From NCBI GenBank assembly GCA_963822445.1, contig CAWGHO010000001.1, positions 608,001 through 672,000 of the forward strand: a stretch of DNA of 64,000 nt, read 5' to 3'. A model generated the notes under the pieces. That model worked only from the letters and a program-made list of their open reading frames with translations, searched no databases and was not told where the DNA came from. The stretch comes from an uncultured Acidobacteriota bacterium. GTDB lineage: Bacteria; Acidobacteriota; Thermoanaerobaculia; Gp7-AA8. Both the position numbers and the translations under genes were made by a program. This document shows, piece after piece, positions 9,453-19,172 of this stretch (positions are counted from its first letter, which is position 1; each line of letters opens with the position of its first letter).

Positions 9453-11149
9453 TGCGGGTCATCCTCGCGCTCCTCGTTTGGAGTGCGGCGGCTCTGCCGC
9501 CGCTTTGGCAGAGCGCGGAGCGCGAAAGCCGTCGCAGTTCCCCGATCGCCACTGACGGCGCGCGCGTCGTCGTCGTCAACGAAGACTCGCATTCCGTCAC
9601 GGTTCTGGAAGGTGCGGAAATTCCGGTTTGCGAGCGTCCACGAACGGTCTCGCTCGATGGCGACTTAGCATTCGTTCCCTGCGCTGACGGTCGAATCGCA
9701 CGCGTCAATCTCGAGACTCTTGCGGTCGACCTGGCCGAGGTGGGTGTGGAGCCGTATGGCGCAATCGCCGATGGCGATCGCGTTTACGTGACCGATCACG
9801 GCGCCGCGGCGATTCGCGTTCTCGACGCCGCAACGCTGGAGACGATCGCGACGATCGCCACGGAACCGTATCCGCGGGGCATGGCTCTCGATGATGAGAC
9901 GCTCTACGTCACGCACTTCCGCACCGGCCGCATCACGGTGATCGACACGGCCACGCTCGAGATCGAAAGGGTGCTCTCCACGGGCGTGGATTCGAACCTG
10001 TCCCAATCGATCACCCTGGCCGGCAATCGCGCGTATCTGCCGCAGACCCGATCGGACGTCAGCAATCGCGCGCTGCTCTTCGACAACACGGTCTTTCCGG
10101 TGATCACCGCCGTCGACCTGACCACCGGCGCTGTCGTGACGCGGGAGCGCGTGCAGCTCGACATCGTCGATCAGCCGGTGAACATGCCCATCGACGCCGT
10201 GGTCACATCCGGCAACAAGCTGTACGTCGTGCATGCGGGCAGCGACGATCTGTCCGCGATCACACTGCCCTTCCAGGAAACCGTAGCCCACCTCGACCTC
10301 GGCTCGAATCCGAACGGCATCACCCTCTCCCCCGACGAGCGGCTCGTGTACGTGAACAACGCCTTGTCAGGCACGGTGTCCGTCGTCGACACGGCCACGG
10401 ACACGATCATCGACACGATCGTGACGACGGCGATCCCGATGAATCCGAATGTGCTGCGCGGAAAGATTCTCTTCAACAGCTCGTCGTCGACGACTCTGTC
10501 GAAGGATGAGTGGATCTCCTGCGCGACCTGCCATGTCGAAGGTGGCGCGGACGGCCGGACCTGGTTCTTCCGCGACGGCATTCGCAACACGCCGGCGCTC
10601 TTCGGTGTGGCCTCGACGCTGCCGATGCACTGGTCGGGCGATCTCGATGAGCTGCAGGACGTCGAGAACACGATCCGCACCGTGCAGGCCGGAACGGGCC
10701 TGGCCAGCGGCGACGTGCATTGCACGCCGGCATGCGATGCCGGACCACCGAACGCGCGGCGCTCGCGGGATCTCGACGATCTGGCGCTGTTCATGACCAC
10801 GCTCCGGGCGCCGCGGCGCGTTGTTTCGACCAGCAACGCGGCCCGTCGCGGGGAACCGCTCTTCGCGGTTCATTGCGCCGAATGCCATCCCGCGCCGCTC
10901 TACACCGATCGCAGGAAGCACGACGTCGGCACCGGCATCGGTCCCATGGAGCGGAAAGGACCGTTCTTCGACACGCCCTCGCTCCGCGGCGCCTTCGACA
11001 CGGGGCCGTATCTGCACGACGGCAGCGCCGCGACGATCCGCGAGGCGATCACGCGTCACACCAACGTCAACGGCGCGGACGCGGACGATCTCGCGGCATT
11101 CGTGCAGGCGATTGCTTACCCACAATTACGACGCCGCGCGATCCGCTGA
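9452..11149 (+). CDS. Secreted YVTN beta-propeller plus di-heme cytochrome c (peroxidase-like) protein
   Basis: Signal peptide; YVT/SGTVSVVD repeats; CATCH and CAECH; FDTPSLRG..TGPYLHDGSA; ends RRRAIR. Confidence 0.85.
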   Translation: MRVILALLVWSAAALPPLWQSAERESRRSSPIATDGARVVVVNEDSHSVTVLEGAEIPVCERPRTVSLDGDLAFVPCADGRIARVNLETLAVDLAEVGVEPYGAIADGDRVYVTDHGAAAIRVLDAATLETIATIATEPYPRGMALDDETLYVTHFRTGRITVIDTATLEIERVLSTGVDSNLSQSITLAGNRAYLPQTRSDVSNRALLFDNTVFPVITAVDLTTGAVVTRERVQLDIVDQPVNMPIDAVVTSGNKLYVVHAGSDDLSAITLPFQETVAHLDLGSNPNGITLSPDERLVYVNNALSGTVSVVDTATDTIIDTIVTTAIPMNPNVLRGKILFNSSSSTTLSKDEWISCATCHVEGGADGRTWFFRDGIRNTPALFGVASTLPMHWSGDLDELQDVENTIRTVQAGTGLASGDVHCTPACDAGPPNARRSRDLDDLALFMTTLRAPRRVVSTSNAARRGEPLFAVHCAECHPAPLYTDRRKHDVGTGIGPMERKGPFFDTPSLRGAFDTGPYLHDGSAATIREAITRHTNVNGADADDLAAFVQAIAYPQLRRRAIR

Positions 11150-11157
11150 GTCCGCAC

Positions 11158-11173
11158 TGGCAACCAAGTTGCT
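11158..11173 (+). promoter_or_regulatory. Putative sigma54 promoter
   Basis: TGGCAACCAAGTTGCT (GG-N10-GC), intergenic, upstream of ATG 11191. Confidence 0.6.
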
Positions 11174-11190
11174 GCACAGACCGCTCACCA

Positions 11191-11379
11191 ATGGCTGAGC
11201 TGGACGACATCTCGGAATCGCTTCGCCAGCATCGCAAGGCTCTGGACGACCAATGCGACCAGACCGCGACGCGCACCAGCGAGACCGCGCGCATCCTGGA
11301 CAAGATCGAGGATCTGCGCCGCCGCTCGGAAGCCACGAACCGCGCGTTCGTCGTGGGAAAACCCGACGACAAAGCTTAG
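11191..11379 (+). CDS. Small coiled-coil hypothetical protein (62 aa)
   Basis: MAELDDISES...; fills the intergenic gap behind a sigma54-like site. Confidence 0.6.
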   Translation: MAELDDISESLRQHRKALDDQCDQTATRTSETARILDKIEDLRRRSEATNRAFVVGKPDDKA

Positions 11380-11531
11380 TGGAGCGAGCGCCGCGAGCGC
11401 GTCTCGTCCCACAGCACCAGCAGGTTTCCGATCACCAGCGGCAACGCGAACAGCTTCGTGTTGTCGCTGGCGAAAAGCGCGACGATCGAGGCGACCATCA
11501 GCAGTGCGGCAACGATTCGGATCGGACTCAT
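11376..11531 (-). CDS. Small two-TM membrane protein (51 aa)
   Basis: MSPIRIVAALLMVASIVALF...; two hydrophobic segments. Confidence 0.55.
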   Translation of the reverse strand: MSPIRIVAALLMVASIVALFASDNTKLFALPLVIGNLLVLWDETRSRRSLH

Positions 11532-11550
11532 TTGCGCATCCGAATTGTGC

Positions 11551-12600
11551 CTAGGCGCGTATCTGCGCGGGCGGCGCGGCGTCATCGAGCAGCGCCGCGG
11601 CGGCCGCGATCTCCACCTTCGCCGCCGGCGCCGGCTGCGCGGGACTGATCCGGTAAAGGTCGGTCCGCGCGGTTTCCGGGTTCCTGCGCAGGTACTTGTT
11701 CTTGTACAGATCGCGATCGGCGGCGTCGATGAGCGGCTCGATGGCGACCACGTCGAGCAGGGCCGACGAGGAGAGGCCGGCGGTCACGCTCATCCCGAAC
11801 GTCTCCTGGCCGACCTCCCAATGCAGCGCGGCGATTTCGCGGGTCAGACGGTCGGCGACGGCCTGAACGCCTTCGATGGCCAGGCCGGTCACGACCATCA
11901 CGAACTCGTCACCTCCATAACGCGCGACCAGATCCTCGGGCCGCGTGGTCCGCAGAAAGAGGCCGCCGATGTCGCGGAGCATCCGGTCGCCGGTCAAATG
12001 GCCGTACGTGTCGTTGATTTTCTTGAAGTCGTCGAGATCGAACAGGATCAGGCTTACCGGGCCGGAACCGGCCAGCATGCGTTTCGTTTCGGCCACGAAG
12101 AACCGCCGGTTGACGAGTCCCGTCAGTTCATCGCGCGTGGCCAGGCCGTACAACTCGCGGATGGCCACGTCGAGCGTCCGCTGCCGCGCGGCGATGCGCC
12201 GGGCCGCGAGAAGCTTCGCCTGAAGCTCCGCCTGGGTCGCGGCCTTCGGCAGGAAATCGTCGAAGCCCGCCTCCAGCGCGGTCAGCTTCATATTCAGGTC
12301 GCTGTGATTGGTGAGCATGACCGCGTACATCGCCTTGATCCGCTCATCCGCCCGGATGCGGCCGATCAGGTCGAGGCCGGAGAGGCGCGGCATCTCCATG
12401 TCGATGATGACCATGTCGTAGGAATGGACTGCCATTTCGGCAAGCGCGGCCTCGCCGTCAGCCGCTTTGGCCACCTCGAATCCGAGCCGGCGCATCATGG
12501 CTGAAACGTACCCGGCGTAGCCCGTGTCGTCGTCGACGACGAGAAGGCGCAGCGGTTCCGCATCGATCTTCTGCTGTCGACGATCATCGTGATTGGTCAT
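11551..12600 (-). CDS. Receiver-GGDEF diguanylate cyclase (start uncertain, 12600-12642)
   Basis: LLVVDDD, IDMEMP; RPED I-site plus RYGGDEF. Confidence 0.9.
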   Translation of the reverse strand: MTNHDDRRQQKIDAEPLRLLVVDDDTGYAGYVSAMMRRLGFEVAKAADGEAALAEMAVHSYDMVIIDMEMPRLSGLDLIGRIRADERIKAMYAVMLTNHSDLNMKLTALEAGFDDFLPKAATQAELQAKLLAARRIAARQRTLDVAIRELYGLATRDELTGLVNRRFFVAETKRMLAGSGPVSLILFDLDDFKKINDTYGHLTGDRMLRDIGGLFLRTTRPEDLVARYGGDEFVMVVTGLAIEGVQAVADRLTREIAALHWEVGQETFGMSVTAGLSSSALLDVVAIEPLIDAADRDLYKNKYLRRNPETARTDLYRISPAQPAPAAKVEIAAAAALLDDAAPPAQIRA

Positions 12601-12701
12601 TAGTGGTAGTCCGACCACCGCGACGTTCATACTCTGCGCCAACCAGCCCCTGCCGTGTGATCGCCGTCACAGGACGAGCTTCGTGCGCGAGCCGATGAGC
12701 G

Positions 12702-14465
12702 CTACACCAGGTGCGGCTCGGCGACCTTCGCCGGCTTCTTCTCCCGCGCCAGGAACGCCTCCGCCGCGGCGGTGTGATGGAACAGGTCGAGCGTATCCGT
12801 CTCGTCGTCCGTCACCGGGGTCAGCGCGGTGTCCATGTACTCGTAGCGGGCCGGGTCGCGCTTGATGCGCATGTAGATCAGCCGGAAACCGGCGTACGTC
12901 GCGAACCAGCGGCAGAACTTGGCGATGCTCTCGAAAACGTAGCCGGGATAGAACTTCCAGACCGGCTCGATGGCGAAACCCGGCCGGCGGTCGCGGCGGA
13001 ACTTCTTCCGGAAGAAGCCCGATTCCAGCGGATGAACCTTCTCGATGTGAATCGAGCCGCCGAACCAGGTCATGAGCAGAATGGCATTGCTGGCGCTGGC
13101 CCGCCTCGCGACGAGACGGCGCAGGACGGCCTCCACGTGCTCCTTCGTGTAGTACGTCTCCCAGGCCACGCGGTAGATCTGCTCCCACTCCTCTTTCGAC
13201 ATCCGCGGATGCGCGGTGCAGACGTGATTGAGGTCGTACTTGTTCATGTCCGCGTCGACCTCGACGCCTTTCTTCACCAGCACCTGGTGGTCTTCCGATC
13301 CCGGCAGCGGCGTGAGGAAGAAGAACTCCAGGAGATCGACAGGCAGCTCTTTCTTGATGATCTCGATGTCGTGCCTGATGGACTCCGGTGTGTCGTTGGG
13401 AAATCCGAGGATATAGCCGGCGTAGGTGATGACCCGGGCGGATTTCCAGGCCAGGAGCATCTTCCGGTACTCGGTGATCTTGTTCTGCCGCTTCTTCGCG
13501 CCGACCAGGCTGTCGGGATTGATGTTCTCCAGCCCGATGAACACGCGCCGCACGCCGGCCCGTTTGCACTTCTCGATGAAGTTCGGGATCTTGTGGCAGA
13601 GCGTGTCGACCTGAATGATGAAGTGGATCTTGATCCCTTCTTCTTCTTTGAGCTTGATCAGGCGGTCGAGAATCGCTTCCCAGTCCGAGTTGCGGGCGAA
13701 GTTGTCGTCGGTGATGAAGAAGCTGTGCAGCCCCTGGGCGACATTCTCCCGCACGATCTGTTCGATGTCGTCCGGCGACCGGCGCCGCGACTTGCGCCCC
13801 TGCACGTTGATGATCGTGCAGAACGAGCACTGGAACGGACAGCCGCGGCCCGCGTCGAAACTGGTCACGTTCCCCGCGGTGCGCCAGGCCTTGAGCGCGG
13901 TGATGATCGGGATCGGCGAGCCTTCGATGCCCGGCAGGTCGGCCATGTAGTTGTACATGGGCTTCAGCGCGCCGGCATGAGCGTCGCGAAGAACCTCGTC
14001 CAGCCGTCCCTCGGCCTCGCCCGCGAAAAGAGAAATGCCCATGGCCCGCGCGCGATCGAGATCGGGATCCTTTCCGCCGAGCATGCTGATCACGCCGGAA
14101 ACATGGAAGCCGCCGATGGCGACCTGAATGCCGCGGTCGCGCAGCGGTCTGGCGAGATCGAGCGCGCGGGGGAACTGGTTCGACTGCACGCCGACCATCA
14201 TCACCATGCCGCTGCCGGCCTTCTCGATCATCCGGGCGAGCGCTTCCGGCCGGACCCGGGTGTTGGTCTCGTCGATCGGCTCGATGTCCATCTCCACGCC
14301 GTCGCCCAGAACCTTGCGCGCCGCGCAGTCGCGGGCGAGACCGTAGAGCGCGGCCAGGGAGTTCGACGGAATGGCCGAACGGAGCCACTGGATGACGTAC
14401 CCGTCGTCGTCGTAATGCGACGGTTTCACTAGGATCAGGCAGAAACGCGATGCAGACGTGGGCAT
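12702..14465 (-). CDS. B12-binding radical SAM protein
   Basis: GGFHVS, GEAE, GRGCPFQCSFC, ITDDNF, FIGLEN. Confidence 0.9.
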   Translation of the reverse strand: MPTSASRFCLILVKPSHYDDDGYVIQWLRSAIPSNSLAALYGLARDCAARKVLGDGVEMDIEPIDETNTRVRPEALARMIEKAGSGMVMMVGVQSNQFPRALDLARPLRDRGIQVAIGGFHVSGVISMLGGKDPDLDRARAMGISLFAGEAEGRLDEVLRDAHAGALKPMYNYMADLPGIEGSPIPIITALKAWRTAGNVTSFDAGRGCPFQCSFCTIINVQGRKSRRRSPDDIEQIVRENVAQGLHSFFITDDNFARNSDWEAILDRLIKLKEEEGIKIHFIIQVDTLCHKIPNFIEKCKRAGVRRVFIGLENINPDSLVGAKKRQNKITEYRKMLLAWKSARVITYAGYILGFPNDTPESIRHDIEIIKKELPVDLLEFFFLTPLPGSEDHQVLVKKGVEVDADMNKYDLNHVCTAHPRMSKEEWEQIYRVAWETYYTKEHVEAVLRRLVARRASASNAILLMTWFGGSIHIEKVHPLESGFFRKKFRRDRRPGFAIEPVWKFYPGYVFESIAKFCRWFATYAGFRLIYMRIKRDPARYEYMDTALTPVTDDETDTLDLFHHTAAAEAFLAREKKPAKVAEPHLV

Positions 14466-14488
14466 GGGGATCGCGCGATTTTAGCCGA

Positions 14489-15127
14489 CTACCGGACTTC
14501 GAACGTCAGCGAGGCCCAAATGCTCTCCCAGTCGGCCACGGCCGCGTCCGGTGCGGCCACCATGTGCACGGTCTTCACGAGCCACTGCCCTTTCCTGAGT
14601 TTCGGAAACCCGACCATGCCTTTTGCGTCGCTGCGGGCGGCGTGCTGATCGCCGCCGCGGCGTATGGCCACGACCAGCGCGTTTCGCAACGGCTTGCCTT
14701 CGAAGAGGACCTGAAACCGGTCGCCGCTGCGAACGAGCTCGAGCCGCAGACCCACCGCCTCGTCCTTCACGCCCAGGAGCGTCTTCACCGATCGCGAGAA
14801 AACCTCGGTGCCGATCTTCCCTGATTCGCCGCGCGCCCTGCGGGCCTCGATGACGTGCTCGAGGCCTTCCTCGCGCAGGTAACTCTCGAATTTCGCTGCC
14901 TCGAGCTCGATGCGGTCGGGCCGGCTGCTGTACGTGACGATTCTCGACCGTTCACCTTCGATGGTTACGGAGTCCGTGGTCACGAGCTCGCCTTCGAAGT
15001 GCTCACCCACCTTCATCTGCAAATCGACCGTGTCCCCGCGCGCGGGCGCGAAGGTCGACGGCTCGATCCAGAAATCGTGAGCGTAGGCGGAGGACGCGAA
15101 GAGGAGAACCGCGGCAAGCGAGCGCAT
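14489..15127 (-). CDS. DUF4198-family secreted protein
   Basis: Signal peptide followed by AHDFWIEP; C-terminal WASLTF. Confidence 0.8.
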   Translation of the reverse strand: MRSLAAVLLFASSAYAHDFWIEPSTFAPARGDTVDLQMKVGEHFEGELVTTDSVTIEGERSRIVTYSSRPDRIELEAAKFESYLREEGLEHVIEARRARGESGKIGTEVFSRSVKTLLGVKDEAVGLRLELVRSGDRFQVLFEGKPLRNALVVAIRRGGDQHAARSDAKGMVGFPKLRKGQWLVKTVHMVAAPDAAVADWESIWASLTFEVR

Positions 15128-15139
15128 GCCCGATCTACG

Positions 15140-18100
15140 TCAGAAGACGTACCGCGGATTTGCGTGCACGCCGAGGAGCTTTTCGTTGAGGTTCGGGCCG
15201 GGCTGGACTTTGAAGTGATGATTGACCTTCATCCGCAGCCGCGATGACCCCGCGCTTTGCGCGACGTCGGCCGGCAACTCCACGATCGTGACGGTCACGG
15301 GAATCTCGCCCGAGTGCTCCTCCACGATCTCCCGAATCTTGCGCACGGTGTCCTCGGTCATGCGCGGGTAGGGCACTTCGAGGGCGATCTCTTTCACCTT
15401 CTTGTCGCGAATGCCGTCGAGCGGCACGATCTCCAGCGCCGAAAGCTCGGGCGTGATCGGTGATTCGTGGAACTCCGCGGCGTGCGCGGCGAAGGTCGTC
15501 TTTTCCGGTTCTTCGGCGAGCTGCTCGACCGCCGCGTTGAACGCGTCCTCTTCGGAAACGAGAGGCGCCGGAGCGGGCGCGCCACCGAACAGGGAGAGGT
15601 TGGCCTTGTCGACGTCGGCGCCATATTTCTCGCGCTCGATTTCCTTCGGATCGCGATCGTCCTCGGCATCCTCGAGCCGCAACTCGTACGCACTGATGCG
15701 CGTTCGCGCTTCGGGATGTCCGCCGTACTCATCGTCGATGTGCTGCGCGGCCTGTTCCGCCGACTGCAGCGACGCGGAACGATTGGCCTGCTGCCCGCCG
15801 GTGTCCTTCACGGTCGCCGTCACAAGGACGGCCACGCCGTTGTCCAGCCACTTCATGTACTTCCCGTAAAGGTCGGAGAAGACCACCACCTCGACGGTTC
15901 CGGCCTGATCGTCGAGGAAGAACTTGGCCATCATCTTCCCTTCGTTCGGCCCTTTCTTGATCTTCGACTTCTTCATATGCGAGACGATCCCGCCGATGTT
16001 CACCACCTCGTCGATGTACTTGTACAGCGTGTCCGTGCTGGCGTTGGCGAAGAGCTTGAGCTCCTGCGAGTACCGATTCAGCGGATGCCCGGTGATGTAG
16101 AAGCCGAGCGTTTCCTTCTCGTACCGCAGTCGCTCGTCTTCGGGCCACTCCTTGGAGTGCGGCAGCTCTGCTGCCGCTTTCGAAGCCGGCGGCTCTGCCG
16201 CCGCGAACATGCCAAAGAGCGAATTTTGCCCGCGCTCCTTTTCGTCTTTCCTTCGCTGGGCCGAGTCCGCCGTATTTTCCAGTTGCTCGAACAACGCGCG
16301 CCGCGACGTGCCGAGGAAATCGAATGACCCCGATTTGATCAGCGCTTCGAGCACCTTCTTGTTGCAGGCGCGGAGATCCACGTCCTCGCAGAACTGCAGC
16401 AGCGACGTGAATCGCCCGCTCTTCTGCCGCGCCATGAGCACCGACTCGACAGCACTCTCGCCGACGCCTTTCACCGCGCCGAGCCCGAAGCGGATGTTCG
16501 GGCCGACCACGGTGAAGAACATGTTCGATTCGTTCACGTCGGGCGGCAGCACTTCGATGCCCATCGACTTCGCTTCGCCGATGAACTTCACCACCGCCTC
16601 GGTCCGATCCATTTCCGACGACATCAGCGCGGCCATGAAGTGCCGCGGGTAATGCACCTTCAGCCAGGCCGTCTGATACGCGACCAGCGCGTACGCCACG
16701 GAATGCGATTTGTTGAAGCCGTAGCGGGCGAACGGTTCGATGTAGTCGAAGATCTCGTTCGCCTTCTTCTTGTCGTAGCTGTTCGCGACCGCGCCCTCGA
16801 CGAACTTCCCGCGCTCCGCGGCCATGACCGCGACGTCCTTCTTGCCCATCGCCTTGCGCAGGAGGTCGGCCTGTCCCAGCGAGTAGTTCGCGACGCGCTG
16901 GGCGATCTGCATGACCTGCTCCTGGTAGACGATGACGCCGTACGTCTCCTCGAGCACTTCCTTCATCACCGGCACGAGGTACTTCACGGTCTTGCCGTTC
17001 TTGCGCTTCACGTACTCGTCGACCATTCCCGCGTCGAGCGCGCCCGGCCGGTACAGAGCGTTCAACGCGGCGAGATCTTCGAACTGCGTCGGCCGGGCTT
17101 TGCGAAGCAGATCGACCATGCCGCCGGACTCGAACTGGAACACGCCCTTCGTGCGCCCTTCCTGGAACAGGCGGAAGACCTCCGGGTCGTCGAGCGGGAT
17201 GCCGTCGATGTCGATGTCCACGCCTTCGACCGCTTTCGCCGACTTGATCGCGTCGTCGATGACGGTCAGCGTGCGCAGGCCGAGGAAGTCCATCTTGAGC
17301 AGACCGAGCTTCTCGACGACGCGCATGTCGAACTGCGTCACGATTTCATCGCGGTTCGTGCGGTAGAGCGGCACGTAATTCGTGACCGGCTCGGGGGTGA
17401 TCACGACGCCGGCCGCGTGCATGCCGGCGTGACGGGACAAGCCTTCCAGCCGCTCGCCGATCTCCACGATCTTCCGCACTTCCTCGTCGTTCTTGATCGC
17501 GTCGGCGAGCTGCGGCGAATCCTTCTTCGCGTCGGCGAGCGTCACGCCCGGACCACCCGGGATCATCTTGGAGATCTTGTCGACGAATCCGTACTGATGT
17601 CCGAGGACGCGGCCGACGTCACGCACGACCGACTTCGCGGCCATCGTCCCGAAGGTGATGATCTGGGCGACGTTCTCCTCGCCGTATTTTTCGCGGACGT
17701 AGTCGATGACCTTCCCGCGGCGGTTCATGCAGAAGTCGATGTCGATGTCGGGCATCGAGATGCGCTCGGGATTGAGGAAGCGCTCGAAGAGCAGCTGATA
17801 CTCGAGCGGATCGACGTCGGTGATGCGCATCGAATACGCGACCAGTGATCCTGCCGCGGAGCCTCGGCCCGGTCCGACGGGGATGCCGCTGTCCTTCGCG
17901 TACTTGATGAAATCCCAGACCACGAGGAAGTAGCCCGGAAAACCCATCGACTTGATGATGTCGATCTCGCGCTCGAGGCGGTCCCAGTACTCCTGCGGCT
18001 CGCGCGTGCGTTTGCGCTCGGCCAGGCGTTTCTTCAGCCCTTCGCGTGCGACGTGCGCGAAGTATTCGGCCGCGTCGTACTTCGGAGGCACGGGGAAGTT

Positions 18101-18964
18101 CGGGAGGTGATAGCCCTTGACGTCGAACGAGGTCTTGATCCGCTCCGCGATCCGCACCGTGTTGTCCGACGCCTCGGGATACTCGCGGAACACGCGGCGC
18201 ATCTCGTCCGGACCCTTCACGTAGAAGTCGTCGGAGTAGAACTTCATCCGCTTCTCGTCGCCGAGGGTCTTGCCGGTGCCGATGCAGAGCAGGACTTCGT
18301 GGGCGAAGGCGTCGGACTTGTCGAGGTAATGGGAGTCGTTCGTGCCGACGAGCTGCAGTCCGACTTCGCGCGCGAGCTGCGCCATCAGCGGAACGATCTT
18401 CTGCTGATCGGGGATGCCGTGATCCTGGATCTCGAGGAAGAAGTTCTCCGCGCCGAGGATCTCTTTGTAGGCGAGCGCGGCGTCTTTCGCTTTCTGGTAG
18501 TTGCCGCCGGCCAGCGCCTGCGAAACCTCGCCTTTGAGGCATGACGAGAGGACGATCAGCCCTTCGCTGTGCTCGCGGAGCAGTTCCTTGTCGATGCGCG
18601 GCTTGTAATAAAAGCCCTGCGTGAATCCGGCGCTGACGAGTTTGACGAGGTTCTTGTAGCCGGTCTCGTTCGCGGCGAGCACGATCAGGTGATTGTTCGC
18701 GCCGGCGTCGGCCTGTCCGTCTTCCACCCCGGCCTTGTCGAAGCGGGAGTTGTACGCGACGTACATCTCGCAGCCGATGATCGGCTTCACGCCGACCGAC
18801 TTCATGGCGTTGTAGAACTCGACCGCGCCGAACATGTTGCCGTGGTCGGTGATGGCGCAGGCGGGCATGCCCAGTTTGGCCACGCGCTCGGCCAGGGCCT
18901 CCGGCCGGCTGGCGCCATCGAGAAGTGAGTATTCGGTGTGTAGGTGGAGGTGAACGAAGGACAT
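15140..18964 (-). CDS. dnaE: DNA polymerase III alpha subunit
   Basis: FVHLHLHTEYSLLDG PHP domain, GRGSAAGS, MPDIDIDF, YGFNKSHS, QNSLF clamp motif. Confidence 0.98.
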   Translation of the reverse strand: MSFVHLHLHTEYSLLDGASRPEALAERVAKLGMPACAITDHGNMFGAVEFYNAMKSVGVKPIIGCEMYVAYNSRFDKAGVEDGQADAGANNHLIVLAANETGYKNLVKLVSAGFTQGFYYKPRIDKELLREHSEGLIVLSSCLKGEVSQALAGGNYQKAKDAALAYKEILGAENFFLEIQDHGIPDQQKIVPLMAQLAREVGLQLVGTNDSHYLDKSDAFAHEVLLCIGTGKTLGDEKRMKFYSDDFYVKGPDEMRRVFREYPEASDNTVRIAERIKTSFDVKGYHLPNFPVPPKYDAAEYFAHVAREGLKKRLAERKRTREPQEYWDRLEREIDIIKSMGFPGYFLVVWDFIKYAKDSGIPVGPGRGSAAGSLVAYSMRITDVDPLEYQLLFERFLNPERISMPDIDIDFCMNRRGKVIDYVREKYGEENVAQIITFGTMAAKSVVRDVGRVLGHQYGFVDKISKMIPGGPGVTLADAKKDSPQLADAIKNDEEVRKIVEIGERLEGLSRHAGMHAAGVVITPEPVTNYVPLYRTNRDEIVTQFDMRVVEKLGLLKMDFLGLRTLTVIDDAIKSAKAVEGVDIDIDGIPLDDPEVFRLFQEGRTKGVFQFESGGMVDLLRKARPTQFEDLAALNALYRPGALDAGMVDEYVKRKNGKTVKYLVPVMKEVLEETYGVIVYQEQVMQIAQRVANYSLGQADLLRKAMGKKDVAVMAAERGKFVEGAVANSYDKKKANEIFDYIEPFARYGFNKSHSVAYALVAYQTAWLKVHYPRHFMAALMSSEMDRTEAVVKFIGEAKSMGIEVLPPDVNESNMFFTVVGPNIRFGLGAVKGVGESAVESVLMARQKSGRFTSLLQFCEDVDLRACNKKVLEALIKSGSFDFLGTSRRALFEQLENTADSAQRRKDEKERGQNSLFGMFAAAEPPASKAAAELPHSKEWPEDERLRYEKETLGFYITGHPLNRYSQELKLFANASTDTLYKYIDEVVNIGGIVSHMKKSKIKKGPNEGKMMAKFFLDDQAGTVEVVVFSDLYGKYMKWLDNGVAVLVTATVKDTGGQQANRSASLQSAEQAAQHIDDEYGGHPEARTRISAYELRLEDAEDDRDPKEIEREKYGADVDKANLSLFGGAPAPAPLVSEEDAFNAAVEQLAEEPEKTTFAAHAAEFHESPITPELSALEIVPLDGIRDKKVKEIALEVPYPRMTEDTVRKIREIVEEHSGEIPVTVTIVELPADVAQSAGSSRLRMKVNHHFKVQPGPNLNEKLLGVHANPRYVF

Positions 18965-19061
18965 GTACGGGCCGCGTCAAGTTTGCGGCACGGGCGTGGA
19001 GTTGAGGCACAGAAGGTTGTGCAGTCTCAGGGAGAAGGGACCCTCGAATCTACGGTGTGTG

Positions 19062-19172
19062 GAGCGTACGGCGGGCGTCTCGCCCGCTTCGCGCCGGGCG
19101 TCTCGCCCGGTGCTCCGTCACCGCGGCGCGGGACGCGCCGCGGAAGGCGGGCGGGACGCCCGCCGTACGTTC
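19062..19172. repeat. Cluster of four REP-like palindromes forming a larger inverted repeat
   Basis: GCGGGCGTCTCGCCCGC, CCGGGCGTCTCGCCCGG, CCGCGGCGCGGGACGCGCCGCGG, GCGGGCGGGACGCCCGC; flanked by GAGCGTACG/CGTACGTTC. Confidence 0.85.

Noticed and set aside
15450-15805. Intein in DnaE
   Set aside because: No Cys/Ser start or His-Asn end followed by C/S/T, and no endonuclease motifs.
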